Shown: positions 26,651 through 40,398, numbered from the stretch's first letter. The stretch is DNA of 64,000 nucleotides from Trichosphaerium sp. ATCC 40318 (GCA_038496445.1 JALMLS010000289.1:110598-174597); one strand, 5' to 3'. Numbers and translations: made by a program. The notes: generated by a model not told the origin, from the sequence alone.

Positions 26651-28627
26651 TCAAAATCTGGGAGTGGATTCGCTTTGTACTATTGCTTTATACTCAACAT
26701 CTGAGCTTGATCCCATGTTCTTTGATACGCCGTCATACTTTGCTGCTCTAAAAAAAAAGTCAAAAAAAGAAACGTGCCATTTGGCTTTTTGCACCTGTAC
26801 TTCTCCCTCTTTTTCGATATATACAATAGCAACATATCAGAAATAATTGTGGCAATACCTAATAGAGCAATACCAGCACCTATCAAGACAAGTAAGCTGG
26901 TTTTTGTTCAAAAAAAAAAAGTTTGAAGAAGATACCGAAAGCAACAGTCAGTTCAACAATATCAAAGCGGTGACCTTCACCTTCAAGAACGACAATAACA
27001 CGTGTTCCAAATACCTTATATAAGTCCCTACAAAGATAAGAAAACAAACAAAAATATAAATAAAACACGTGCCTGTACTGTACAAGGTTGCCAGCGCCGT
27101 CATCAACTTTGTATTTATTGACATACCTAAAATTAAAACCAACTGAACTCCTAGATGTCTATCTTCAATACAAAAACAAGAAAGCTTGAAATAACAAAGT
27201 AGTACTCACCCAGCGTTTGGATCATCAAGTCTGACAAAAGAAAACTCAGGAAGGCAATTATCCTTCCCTTTATCAAAATCACATGCCCAATCCAAGAAAA
27301 CGCCTATAACACATCCTTCTCCTTTAATACTGTCATATGTGAATCCCGCTTGTTCTAACATATCTTCTAATGAGAATATATTATATCCCACTTCTACTTT
27401 ATCTGCGTTATTCCTAAATAAGTTAATTACTTACAGACGTTCGCGTCGAAGAGCAGCCAAGTCCTGTAAAACTCTATTTTTTTTTTCAATCTAAATTCCA
27501 GGACGGCTCTCCTCGCCAAATTTTTTAAATGACATTTGTTGCTAGAAATTGTTGGACCATTCTTTTGTTCTGACAAACTCAGGAAAATAAAACTAGTTGA
27601 GTTTTGAACCAATTCTCAACGAAAAAAAAAGATGAAGAAATGGATCTATCGAACTTTCTTTTTACCTTTCTATGTCATAACTTGTATACTTCACAGTGCT
27701 CCGGAAAAACGTGGTGAAATGTTCAACTCCAACCAAGTAGTTCTCTACTTTAGCCGGCTTCTCTGGTTCAGCTTCTAGAGGGCACCATGCCATTAACTAC
27801 AAAAGGTTGTCAGAGTCTTTGAAACAAGAAAAAAAAGAGAGCGCACATTGCAGTATCCTGTTCCGTTTACAATGTTCAAGCACTGTCCAGGACTTGCTAC
27901 AATACCATTTGTTGTCTCTGCAAAAGGTTTACAGTCGGTATCACTAGCACAAATCTCATCCTTGTCATCTCCAGCGCACTCTCCACGTGTTTGACCTTGC
28001 CTGAGCCAAAAATTTGTAGCAATAAACACAGTATTAGCTTCCTTAGCCGGGTATACTGCAATGCGTAAGTAATTATGATTTACTACATATCGATAGACTC
28101 ACCAATATCCTGAGCGTCCCATACGGACATTCCTATGCAGTGTGAGTTGGTGACAAGGGGAAAAAAAGATCGTTACCGAAAGGTTCAATACTAGGATCCG
28201 TAATATTGATCCAAGCGTTTCCTTTGACTTTTAGCTGAGTGTGACCAATAATGGGACTAGATCCCTGGTATCCTTAAGAATATACTTTAGCTAATTCTAT
28301 CGCTGTATACAACAATATCACGTGATTTTACAATATTCTATTGAAAAGGAAAGTGCTTATTCTGAAAAGTGTTTTTGTTGCGCTACCTTTCTCCCAAATG
28401 ATAGTGAAACCGATTACATATCCAATGATCAATAACTGATAATAAATAAGCAAAATAAAATAAAAAGTCACGTGACGCTGGTGTACCTGTATAAGCCTAT
28501 GAATAAGGCCGCATTTTACATCCTCTATTGTTTTGTTTGTTTAATAGGAGAAGAGTGAAGCTGTGCGCGTACCGACTTCTATAACTTTAAAAGTCTGGTA
28601 GTAAAATAAAGGCTTTATGTACTGCAT
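26651..28627 (-). CDS. P2X ATP-gated cation channel, multi-exon
   Basis: YQTFK N-terminal motif, TM1 LLIIGYVIGFTIIWEKGYQ, LKVKG, Cys-rich head with AWCPLE, GFNFRY, RDLYKVFGTR, TM2 GAGIALLGIATIISD and YxxxK (YRAAK). Confidence 0.95.
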
Positions 28628-28856
28628 TTCGTTTAGACCGTTTATTTCTTTCAAGCTCTTACTTAAAGCACTTAAGTATTGCTATATGTGTAGCACAATC
28701 AACAGTATGAGTCAGGGTGAAAATGTACAAATAGCTGGGTACAACAGAGGTTACTGTGATGAAAGGTTATCGCAGTGATGAGCAAGAAAGATGTTTTTTG
28801 TTTGTTTGATTTTATTGTTAATACTACAACGTCTTATTTCTTGTCTGATATAAATA

Positions 28857-30241
28857 CTAGTTCACTACTTTATACACACTCTTTTGGGACGTCTTCAATT
28901 TTAAATAATACCAACGAGGGACGAAGAAAAGCGTAAAGACAAGCCTACATAACAAGTCAATTTAATTTCTCCGAATAAGTAGTACCATGTGATGTTTGAA
29001 GCTGTTATTGCTGTGACATATGATCTATGCCATGAATTAAATATCTCACTAGGGTCTCCCCAGTACATTATAGGTGCATCAGTAACGCCTGTGATGTTAA
29101 ATTTGTCCACAACATTGTCGATTGCTAAATGTGCCGGGTTTAATTTATCTTTGTCAACGCGAACTCCTCATGGAATGTCAGTATCAGGACTTTCAAGTAT
29201 CAATAATAATTCTACTATACCCGATCTTATAGGTTGGTACCATCCTTTAAGACACTTGTTACCATGTTCTAGCTGATGCTGACAAGGTTTTGAGCCTGTA
29301 CGATGGTTATTGATGAAGATAGTAAATACTTTTTTTTGCAACAACGCTTACCAACTCTACAGAAAGCCCAAGCGCGAACGTTTGTTGAATTTGTGCCTTC
29401 GTTTATAATAGGCGATACACAGTAATACATATCTGATGTACCACTCACACCAGCGCTATAAACAACCTGAAAAAAAGTTACAAAACATTTGGTCTAAACT
29501 TCTTACTTTTTTTTCACCCATAACGGATGTGTTCACAAACGTTGTATTGTCAAAGTAAAATACGTTGAAGTGTTGTTCTCCAGGTATCTAATAGTTATAG
29601 TTATTACAGAAATGCTCATTGATAATATCACGTGCGTTATCAAGTGTAATATTGAAGCCTACAGGTTCTTTCGAATTTTGCAATAAATAATAGTAATGAG
29701 ACGATACACCGACACCAATACCAATAACACCTGCTCCAACCATGAAACCGATACCAGTAGACCATAGTGAATCCTTTGAAGCAAACCATCTACAAAATCG
29801 TCAGCCAAAAAAACCTGGAACACGTGTTTAAAGAGACACAATTCGAAAAATATGGTAAAGTTTCTTAAAAAACAAGAAATCTCTGCGCAAGTTTACAGGG
29901 TTAAAAAAGACGGACACTGCAAAGCTTAAGCCCATAACAAAAAGTACAGCTGCAAGAATCGTCAATGTAAGCCAAACTATGCCATGGCATCAGTACTACA
30001 AAGAAACAGCGATTTCCGTACTGAGTCCTCCCGATCCAACAAAAAAAAGCAAATTTATACCAAACGTGAGGCATAGCAGCTAATAGCATTAATTGGGCGG
30101 TTTGTGACTTTAATGTCAAAAAAGAAACGTCATATTACGTACGGCACCCTGAGCTGATAGATTGGAGTTCTGGTTACCTATCCACGCGTCACTAAACTCA
30201 TTGTATGTACATCGGGCTATGACACCGAATCTATCGCACAT
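28857..30241 (-). CDS. Hypothetical multi-pass membrane protein (about 3 N-terminal TMs, luminal Cys-containing domain, C-terminal TM), multi-exon
   Basis: Spliced translation includes LLCLTFGINLLFFVGSGGLIWLTLTILAAVLFVMGL, GIGFMVGAGVIGIGVG, YYCVSPII..VRAWAFC..C..C..W and APIMYWGDP. Some junctions are uncertain. Confidence 0.65.
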
Positions 30242-30589
30242 TAACAGAAGCAGGGAAGTTGGTAGATATTTTCGAAAAATGTCAATAAAAAAAGTCTTGT
30301 AATTGTCAAGGCAAACAATGTGATAGAACTAAATCAATAGGTAAAAATATAAATATTGCAACAAGACTATCTCATTCTTGTATCGTTAAAGTGAACCTGA
30401 ACCTCACTATCACTATTTTTTGTGATATCTTCGAAAAAGATTATTCACTTCGAGTTTTTTTTTAATAATCTTGTTGTGTTTTAACATGCACGTTTACAAA
30501 TCCTTGCAATATAATACTGTAGTTTTAGCAATGATATCAAATATCCTTACTCATTGTTATTCCACAAGTCCTAGTCTTATGTGAGTACT

Positions 30590-31300
30590 TAATGTTTCAA
30601 TAGCTAACAGTAAATGAGATAGTATTGTACCAGTCAAATACATGTTCACGCTTCTTTTGTAACCATGCTTTACGCCATCCTGCTAGAATTAAAGGAGAGA
30701 ATTTTAATTCTTCTAATTCAACAGGCATTATACTCTCTCCTTTGATCTCAACACCTTCCTCAAATTCCATATAAGTCTTTGTCGTTATTTTTAGTTTGCC
30801 TTCTAGTATTCAACGTACTCGTACATTTAGTGGTTTTTTTAACAATACAATATTGAGCTGTACTTATTTGATTGCTTTCCAAAAAAATGTGTGAGTAGGT
30901 GCAGTCTTTACATCTGTGATTCTAGGATACATGATATCTAATGCTGTTGAAGGAGCATATGTTTGACAATATCAATATCAATGCCTCAAAATTATTGGTG
31001 GATTCTATGAACAACTAACATGTTGATCAAAATACTATTACTCTATGTATGAATAACTACAGGGATGCGTTTTCCACTTTCAATTTGCTCCAATTGAGCC
31101 GTTAGCACTGTGCTGCATGAGACAAAGTCCGTGGTACATCTACGATAAAGCCACTAGTACCTACTGGCTCGTAGCATGCTGTTTCGGTGAAGTCCAAAAA
31201 AAGTAAAATACTACCTTGTGGCAAAAAGCGTCTGGTGTTAAACGAACTTGCAATGGCACAACAAGAATTTGATTTAGCTTTGACTATTTGAGGGCTTAGT
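30590..31300 (-). pseudogene. Coding-like but stop-interrupted stretch (decayed gene or element)
   Basis: One frame reads YAPSTALDIMYPRITD..WKAIK*VQLNIVLLKKPLNVRVR*ILEGKLKITTKTYMEFEEGVEIKGESIMPVELEELKFSPLILAGWRKAWLQKKREHVFDWY. Confidence 0.35.
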
Positions 31301-31348
31301 GTGTAAGTATGCTCAGTTTAATGTGATCACTTTATACCGTTTAGAGTC

Positions 31349-31422
31349 ATGTGATTGCAGCAGTTGTTTTTGTTTAACTCTTGTGATGTGATTGCAGCAG
31401 TTGTTTTTGTTTAACTCTTGTG
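31349..31422. repeat. Perfect tandem duplication of a 37-bp unit
   Basis: atgtgattgcagcagttgtttttgtttaactcttgtg occurs at 31349-31385 and again at 31386-31422. Confidence 0.95.
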
Positions 31423-31478
31423 TTTCCATGGTGGTTTTATGTACAGGCTACAAACAAAGCAAGTGACCCCAGCTACTT

Positions 31479-32428
31479 CTACTGTTTTCGAAGTTTGTAC
31501 AAAAATATATCAGGATCGTTTTCTTGTGGCTGTTCCAGAACGCTACAAGCTACTTTCCATTTTCTACTATGTTCGTAAATGTCCAGACGGGAATCTAATA
31601 GAGTGAGATGGGCCTACAGAACTCAAAGTACCTGGATCCTCTGAAGACAACGAAAGAAGTGAACCGCTTGTTTTAAGCACTCTATAACTCTCTTTTAAAG
31701 CCTTATCTATCATGTCTTTAGGGAGATGCCTATCGACTATAACGTCAAAGAAAAGTACTTGTCTTGCAATTAGAAACAAGAAATCGAAAAAAAGATACAA
31801 ATAAGTGCATCTAATGTGCCCTTGTCAAGCACTACATCAAACATCTCATCACTGTATTCCAGTTTTGTAATATCCATTACCTCAAACTGTAGTTCGGGCA
31901 TCATTACGTGCTGTTTTCTCATTGCTAAACAAGTGTTATTTACTTTGTGATTGTTTGCACTCACTTTCTATTGCTTTATTACTAAAATCTATACTGGTCA
32001 CGTGTTTGTAACCTTTGTCATATAATTTTGATGCAAGGGTTGATGTACCACATCCAAGGTTTAGTATCTTGGATTCTGGCCTGATATGTCGAGATAAGAC
32101 ATCCAGGAGATCAGCGTTTACGTCTCTTAACCACTCATAGCTACAATGCAAGTTAAGACGCATGTCATCAGTTTAAACTGCTTTTTAAGCGTCGAAAGTC
32201 CAAATAATGACATTTTGGTATGAATTGCCATGCAACACTATTTTATCGCTGGTTTACGCATTACTATGGGTATAGTACGTACTTTGAGGTATTAATATCT
32301 TTGTAAAACTTGTCCCACTCGGATTTCTCTCCCCATCGTCTATTTTCAGCGCTTACCTCTCGACGACAATTGCGAGTACTTGTTCTTGGTGTGACATGAA
32401 TTGTACATCTAACCAATGTGCTCAGCAT
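31479..32428 (-). CDS. Class I SAM-dependent lysine methyltransferase, METTL12(CSKMT)/EEF1AKMT4-like, with a putative mitochondrial presequence
   Basis: WGEKSEWDKFY, YEWL, ILNLGCGTSTLA..LY..GY, VTSIDFS, MDITKL, FDVVLDKGTLDAL and ESYRVLK. The N-terminus is Arg/Thr/Ser-rich and poor in acidic residues. Confidence 0.85.
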
Positions 32429-32634
32429 GATTTTTTGCCAAAAGTCACTTAACCTCATAAAAAAAGTTATCTCGGACGCGAAAGGTACAAGCACATTATT
32501 TAGTTTGTATTGGTTACTATTATGTTGATAAACACGCTAATTTGTTTGTGTAACCTTTGAATCCCTCATAGTTATTTTTTACTCTATCCAAACGCTATTG
32601 TACATCTACTAACGAATATTCGTAGTAATTAAGG

Positions 32635-34435
32635 ATGTCTGAGACTCAAAAAGTAAATGTTGTCATAATCATTGGAGGACCCACAAGAGGCCGTCGTTTT
32701 CGCCCAATTTCACTAGATCTGCCTAAACCTCTATTTCCGTTGGCTGGTAAACCGATGGTACTACACCATATCGAAGCGTGCAAAAAGGAGCTAGGCGAGC
32801 GCCTTGGTAAAATATTTTTGCTTGGCAGCTATGAACCGGCCACTTTTGAAGTTTTCATCGCTGAATGCAAGAAACAGAGTCTCACCGTTGAGTACGTCGC
32901 TAACTAACACCTAAAATCGCGCTATTCAATCATCTCAATTTTTGCTGACTGTTGTAAGGTACTTACACGAAACTGAGCCAATGGGCACAGCAGGTGGTTT
33001 GTTTTACTTCAAAAGTCATCTCCTCCACGTACGCTCCTCCGTGTTTTTCCGTAAATTATTTATGTTAACTAGGGCTCCAAACTATTGTTCGTAATGCACA
33101 GTGACGTATGCTGCGGGTTTCCTTTGAAAGATATGTTGGAATTTCATGAAAAGCATAATAAAAAATGTACTATGGCAGGCACAGAGGTACAACGTCTGTT
33201 TTCGCTATTGAGAGCATAATCACAAGTTTTTGAGACATCGAGATTTTTTTTTTTTGATGTTTACTCGGTGTTGTTTAGGTGAGCAAGGATGAAGCACAGT
33301 ACTATGGACAACTCGTAAGAGGTAAGTATGCAACGGGAGCAATGGAACAGACCATTTTGTTGTTTCAAAGATTCCCAAGACACTAAATTTCTCGCGTAGA
33401 CCCTGAGACAAATTTGATGGAACATTACAAAGAAAAACCAGAAACATACATTTCTAACACCATCAACGCTGGAATTTACTGCTTTGATGAATCTGTACTC
33501 ATTAAGCCTATCAAGAGAACTCCTTCAAAGTCACAATTGTTCGATCCTAATGATTACTACCAGTGCGTAGTTTTTTTCGATACAAATGGTTACAGTTGAT
33601 GTTAACGTTGTGTAGAGAGCACGATAAAGGTGACAACTCGTATGATTTAAGCTTAGACTTTGATGTTATCCCACCTCTTGTTGCTCAAGACCAAGTTTAC
33701 GTCTTTATGTACAAAGATTTCTGGTGTGCTATTAAAAACGCTGGGTATGTTTTTTTTTATTGTAGACTACATAAGTGCTTACCGTTTTATGTCATTTAGA
33801 GTTGCTCTACAGAGTTCAAAATTGTATCTACAAAACTACGCTAAAACGAACCCAACCTTGCTTGCACGCGGTCCATGCACTATTCAAGGAAACGTAGTTA
33901 TACACGCAAGCGCTAAAATTCATCCTTCTGCCATGGTACGTACTAAGGATCACCAGAAACAAAGTGTGAGTAGCTATGTCCTTTTAACTTTTTTGTAGCT
34001 TGGTCCTAATGTTTCTATTGGTCCAAATGTTACTATTGGTCAAGGTGTACGCATTGTCGACGCTATTATTCTTGATGATGTGGTTATCAAGGTAAGAAAT
34101 GATTGTAATTATTAACTTTATTAAAAATGATTGTTTAGGATCGTGCTTGTGTCATGCATACTGTCGTTTGTGAAGAGTGTGTAGTAGGCCAATGGTGTCG
34201 TCTTGAGGGATTACCAACAACATCTTTCCATCCTTCATCTCTTAGTGAGTCTGGTGCTGATCGTCGTGAAGGCACAACAATTTTGGGTAAAGGTATGTTA
34301 ATAAATTCTTTTGTTTCAGTTTGTAACGATGAAATTCTAGGTGTAAGCGCTAAACCTGAGACGCTTGTGCGCAACTGTATTGTGATGCCTCATAAGTCTC
34401 TAAAGCATAATTATTTTAACGAGATTCTGCTTTAA
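32635..34435 (+). CDS. GMPPA: Mannose-1-phosphate guanylyltransferase alpha subunit, multi-exon
   Basis: VIIIGGPTRGRRFRPISLDLPKPLFPLAG, MGTAGGL, DVCCGFPL, HYKEKPETYISNTINAGIY, hexapeptide repeats and a C-terminal NEILL. Confidence 0.93.
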
Positions 34436-34658
34436 AATGAGTAATAAAAACAAAATTTACGGTTTTTCGCTGCCAAAGTTTCTTCGTAGTGACTACGTAC
34501 TAATCTAGAAAATTACTACTTTTGACTTTAGTTGTTAGCAATATTTACAATTGGTTATTGCAACGAAGACTAAAGTAATGATTAGCATTAGAAGCAGTTT
34601 TGTTTAAAAAGCAGTTGTTGAAAAAAGGAAACAAGCGTTTATATAGATCGTAGTGCGA

Positions 34659-36335
34659 ATGTATACTACTGGGTTTGATACGGAAGGTTCTCGTGGGCGT
34701 AAAAAGCAAATTACCCCAGAGAACTCTACTGGAAAGGTATGTGGTGCTTATGGTTATTTATGGCTATTTGCGAGGTAGTGGAGCTTTTTTAATTCACTTT
34801 CCTAACAAATAAAAGAGTTTGTGTTAGTTAACTTTCGGCGTATTACTGTTACTGATGACTGTCTCTAGTTGTTAACGCGGCGCATACGAAAAGCAACACT
34901 GAGGAATACTGGAAAACCACTTGGTGACCAATTAAAAACACAGATAAAGGGTCTTTCGCCACCCTCCAGTACGTATTGCTTTTCTTATGTAAAACTGAAA
35001 AAGATATTGTTAACCTTGTTTTAGCGGAAACAAGGTGCGTACTATCTAACTACGCGTATATTAGAGCATGCACGCAAGCTACACATGAAGAGTCTTAAAC
35101 TGTAGTTTTTTTTTCTCTGACAATACCATCTAGCGTTGTAAGTCCAAGTGGCTCGGAGTTTCTCACTACAGCTGATACTATAGAAACTATTGGATCAGGT
35201 TGGACCTCACCAATGTCAAACTCAACAACACATTCAAATACTGAGTCTATGCCACTACATATTACTTTTTGCCATGATGATGACTTACGTGTAAGCTCTC
35301 AGACCGTATTTGGAACCAATAACTTTTGGGATGTTTTAATTTAGTAACCCTGCTTCTTTCAGGATGAAAACGCTGCATTAAAGGAGACTATAAAGGAGTA
35401 CAAACGGAAATTGAAGGAAATGGACCGATATACAAGGTTGCTAGGGTCAGCATTAAATGACCGTGACAGCCGTCGTAAAAATGTCCAAAATGCTGTTATG
35501 CGTTTACAAATAACAAAGTTTCATTCGTTGGATGACACTAATTTATATGATACGCCAAACAGGTACCACATTCTAAGATTACTTAAGTTTGATACTGACG
35601 TGTCAGATGTTCATTTGAAGAGAGGCGTGCAGCTCTGTTCGATGAGAAATTAGCCAAACGAGAACAAATGGGAAGTAGGACTTTATCAAAGATAGATACT
35701 GCAAACAGGCAGCTTAGGTGTACGGCGAGTGTTTGGTAATGAGTTTGACATTTTTTCAGCGCATCAGCGACATAGTGGTGCTCTTAGTGATCGTAGTGCT
35801 AGTAGTAGCAATGAGCGGTTGCGTTCCGTAACATTAGATAATATTATACACAGCCCAAATGTACCACGTAAAGGACGTAAAGGACGAAAGGTACTTAATA
35901 AAATCCAGTTAAGTATGTCTTTACTTACACGTAACAAGGCACGCGGTTTATCAGATTTTGCAAGAACGAAGTCTGTATCACCACGTCGTCCTGGTAGAAA
36001 TAGTGCTCCTGATAGAGCTTTTAAACGTATGAGGAGTGGTTCAAAGACTCTTAGGAGTTTTAAAACATCTAGCAGTTTTAATTCAGATAGTTCTTCGTCA
36101 AGTGCTCAATCTCCTCGAAGCAAATATCAGCTTTCAACGGAAGACGTGCCTATTCTGAAGTCAGAAAATATAAAGTTTTTGAAAGGTGATAAAGTTCATC
36201 AGCACTTACATGGTGCAGATGTATACTGTCTTTTTTGTGATTATCGGCCGCGGCTGTAACGTAGTTACAAAAAACCCAATAAAAAAATACTGTACATTTC
36301 TTAACTTGTAGTTAAGATGGAAGCGAACAACTTAA
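34659..36335 (+). CDS. Hypothetical coiled-coil / Ser-Arg-rich protein, multi-exon
   Basis: Spliceable exons: MYTTGFDTEGSRGRKK.., DENAALKETIKEYKRKLKEMDRYTRLL (coiled coil) and an S/R-rich region at 35760-36220. The likely last exon is LRWKRTT*. Confidence 0.55.
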
Positions 36336-36365
36336 GCACATTAGAATCTGAGATCTCCGCATCCA

Positions 36366-39300
36366 ATGGCTTTTCAAGTATCTAGTTCTCAAATTCCGTT
36401 AGATTTTGACGATATTGCTTCGCAGCCATCTGTCTCACAGCAGGTTGCCGCATCGCAATCATCTCAAGTTCTTGCTCCTCAGAGCGTAGATGGTGCAATA
36501 GAGTCAACGATTGTACAGGAGCCTTCCTCAGCAGACGTGCATACTACTGCGTTTGCGGAAATAGAATCGCTAGATGATGACTTTGTGTATGAACCAATGG
36601 ATCACAGCACAACGATAGGTACCGTGTTCAGTTAGACTGCAACTTATGTTCGCAGTTAGTAGCGTTTCTCCAGCTCCTGATCAAACTTCAGTAACAGCGA
36701 GTAGTCGTGTGTACACAAACTCACCGATAGGTACTCTCTACTCAAAGCCAAACCGCTCTTATTGTAATAGGTGTCGTGTTACAAGATGGAAGGGGGAACG
36801 GAATCAAGCGCCCTAGGTTAGATACTGGCAATATTTCTCTTGCTGGAGATGCATCAGTTGCACCTCAAGAACGCGTACGATGTTCTTTAAAGTGTAGTTG
36901 ACATATTCGTTTTAAGGTTTTCATGTCTGTTACAAAGCATCAAAACAAACTAGGCGTGGCTGTGTTTGACGAGCGTAGCTGCTGTCTACGCGTAGGTACT
37001 TTATTATTTTAACTTCAAACCGCGTTCTTATTCACCGAAGGATACACATGGGAGATTGATGTCCACGATTTTCCTACGCTCCAACAAAGTGCGCTAGTAA
37101 TTTGCATTGTAATGGCTTAAGTAGTGTATAGTTAAGTTTCAGTTACAACCTGACGTTATTATATCTCATGCTTCGGGAGGAGAAGAATACAAAAGAGCTT
37201 TGGAGGATACTGGTACGTCTGGAGCGTTACGGAACTTGTATTACTAATACTTGGCAATAGCTGAAAGCATAAAACAAATGCGTGTTGTTCGGTTAAAAAA
37301 CTCACTGTACAAGTACAATGCAGCACTACAGCAGCTTGCATCTATAAGGTTACCAGGAAACATGGCTCAAAATCAAAGCTTTAAGGAACAGTTGATATAC
37401 CTCGGAAGTGTAATAAACCTTGATGACCAAGAGCTGGTACTGTTTGCCTAGAAGAGGACAGCATATTTGTTTTTTTCTCTTTTTTTTTCTTTGTTCATCT
37501 TCTTGTTAGGTTCGTGCTACTGGTGCTTTAGTTGGTTTTCTTCTTCAAAATCGAATAGTAAATCAGCTTGAAGATCCGTCAATGCCATTTAGTGTAAACG
37601 ATCTAACGTGCCTATCTTTGTATGTTGTTTTGTAACAATCTTTCAAAATTGTTTATAAAATAACCTCTTAAGTGATGGCATGGCCGGAATGGATGCGAAC
37701 ACTTTTCGTGCTCTTAGAATATTCAAGACTGAGGACCATCCAAGTGTTCACGGAATAGGCACATCTAAGGAAGGTTTATCGTTATACGGTCTTCTAAACA
37801 AGGCCAAATCACCTGTTGGACGTAAAGCACTGCGGTACGCTATACCACTATTTCGTTGATAACAAACTTTAATAGAACATTGATGCTTCGGCCATTAACT
37901 GATCTACGAGAAATAAACAATCGTCTTGATGTACAGGTAGGGTAAATTTTTGTTATTGTTTTTTTCTTACTCTCACAAGGCGTTTTTACTTCGTACTGAA
38001 AATCTTGACTATGTCAATCACGTGTCAAATCAATTAAAACAATTTCGTGATCTTGGTAAAATCCTAGGCCGGTTTCGGTCTAGAGCAGCTACTGTAGCTG
38101 ATTGGCTCAATCTATACCAAGCACGTGATTCGCAATTTTTTTTTAATCTTACCTTTCATAAAGACTCTTCAAGCCGCTTTGAATATAAAAGATATGAGCC
38201 TTCGTCTAAACGTTGATCTGCCTTTATTCCACAAGGTGCTCAAAGTTAAGTTATTTATTTTTCTTAATTGCTTGTTAGGTTTTACAATGCTTCTCCGATG
38301 ACTTGCTATGCATTGTGGACTTACTTGCTAGAAATATTGATTTTAGAAACAGTAAAGAGCAGAAAACAGTTATCATTCTTCCAGGTGTTGATGATAGTTT
38401 GGATGAACTCAAGCGTTTATATTTAGGATTAGATGACTTTCTGGTATGTGGTCTTTACTAATATATCGTTACATACTGTTCAGTAGGGTACTATTGGAAG
38501 AGAGGAACTCAGTCGCGTATCCTTGAACGCTCTTAAAATAGTAAGAAGCGTTGTGTCTTTTATGTTTACTTTTCTACAGGTCTACTACCCTCAGTTGGGT
38601 TTCTTATGTGCTGTACCAGTACAAGGAGATCCAGAACTTCAGAAAAATCTACCAAACTTCGAATACCAAGCACGTTAAACAACTAGTTATTGTAAAGTGC
38701 TTACACTACGTTAAAGTTCCATACAGAATCCTTCTTGTATTTTAGGTCATCAACTACAACTCAACTTGATGACCAGTTTGGAGGTTCATATAATATGTTC
38801 GTTCTATTGAGGTTAACTAAACTGCAGATATTCACCATAGAATATTGGATATAGAAGCAAAGATAGAAGCAAGCATTATTTCACAAGTTCTTGAACAGGC
38901 TCCAAATATCCTTAAAGTAACACAAGTTGGTGGAGAACTAGAGTGGTAATTGCTACTAATTTAGACAATGTATTTAACTTGTTTAATCTGTAGCATGATA
39001 TCGCTGTCTTTGGCTGCAAAGGAGTATGAGTATAATCGGCCAACACTTACAGAAGATAACATTATTTACATTTCAAGCGGAAGACATCCGTGAGTGTTTC
39101 AGTAGTCTTTTATAGTGTACTAATACACTTAAATAAGGCTTCAAGAGCTTTGTGTTTCTAATGTTTTCATACCAAACGATACAGCTGTGGCACGAGACAG
39201 GTGATCAACTTTTTGTTTTTTCAAAATCTTAAGAGTTAACTTTTCATGTAGAGAGGGCTGTATGCAACTTGTAACTGGTGCAAACTTTTCAGGTACTGTA

Positions 39301-40398
39301 TTCTTCCTTTATAATTAGTTTGTATTAATAGAGTTACTTCTATAAGGGAAGAGCGTATATTTAAAGCAAGTAAGTTTGCAGCAGAAAGTAAATAGTCTTC
39401 TTATTTTTTTCTTACTTTTTTTTTCCCGCAGGTTGCACTTATTACGTACATGGCTCATATTGGATGTTTTGTTCCAGCTGAAGCAGCAATAATAGGTCTT
39501 ACAGATAGGATATTTACTCGGTACTTGAAGAATAATACTGACGCTTTCTTATCTGTTCTTTAGTGTACATAGCTGCGAAAGTGTCTCAGTGAATAAAAGC
39601 TCGTTCATGATAGATACACAACAAATAGCTACAATGCTGAGATTTGCCACACCTAAATCCTTGCTTGTTATTGATGAGTTCGGTAAAGGAACAAATCCAG
39701 TTGGTAAGTCAATACTTGGCTGTATTTTGTTAGTGTTATTCTTACTTTGAATACAGATGGAGTTGCACTTCTGACTGCAACCATTAGACACCTTTTGGCT
39801 AAAGGAAATGACTGCCCAAAGACTTTTATATCAACTCATTTCTATGAGCTTTTTGAAGGTGATTTGCTGCCTAATAATAGTAACCTACAAAGAATGGCTA
39901 TGGATATTGTTTTGAAAGATAGTTTCCCTCTACCCGAGGTAGTATACCTATACAAGTAAGTACCATATTGCTCTTGTTAATATGATAATAAATATCCAAT
40001 AAAAGGGTGAGGAAAGGCGTGTCAAACAACAGTTTTGGACACTATTGCGCTAAAGTTGCAGGTGAGCAATTTTCTTTAATTTGTTTTGTTCAACCAATTG
40101 TTTGTTCACAGTTGCTTTTTCATACTGTCTGTTATTGTAAATGCGTTCTATGTAACGTTGTTGATTGATTCTTGCTGCCCTGCTTGTTGACCATGTGATA
40201 GTAATTGTTATAGGTGTTCCTGTAGAGATTCTTGATAGAGCAAATGATGTTGCTATATTATTACAGCGTAATGAAACCATTGAGCCATTAGATGCTGGTC
40301 GTAAACATCAATCAAAATTACGTATCGTGAAGGCTTTCTTGGAGTTTGATATAGAAAAAGGAGATGTAAAATCATTTGTTAAATCAATTTTTGAATAA
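36366..40398 (+). CDS. MSH5: MutS homologue MSH5 (meiotic), many short exons
   Basis: [104 protein letters not shown] and [11 protein letters not shown]. Confidence 0.95.

Noticed and set aside
26610-26653. Possible TGA-C read-through extension of P2X
   Set aside because: Only a short extension with no recognisable motif; expected by chance.
29140-29225. In-frame TGA (DIP*GVRVD) suggesting selenocysteine or stop-codon reassignment
   Set aside because: It is removed by an intron GTATAG...ACTGAC...ATGAG that keeps the frame. TGA, TAA and TAG all terminate conserved genes in this window.
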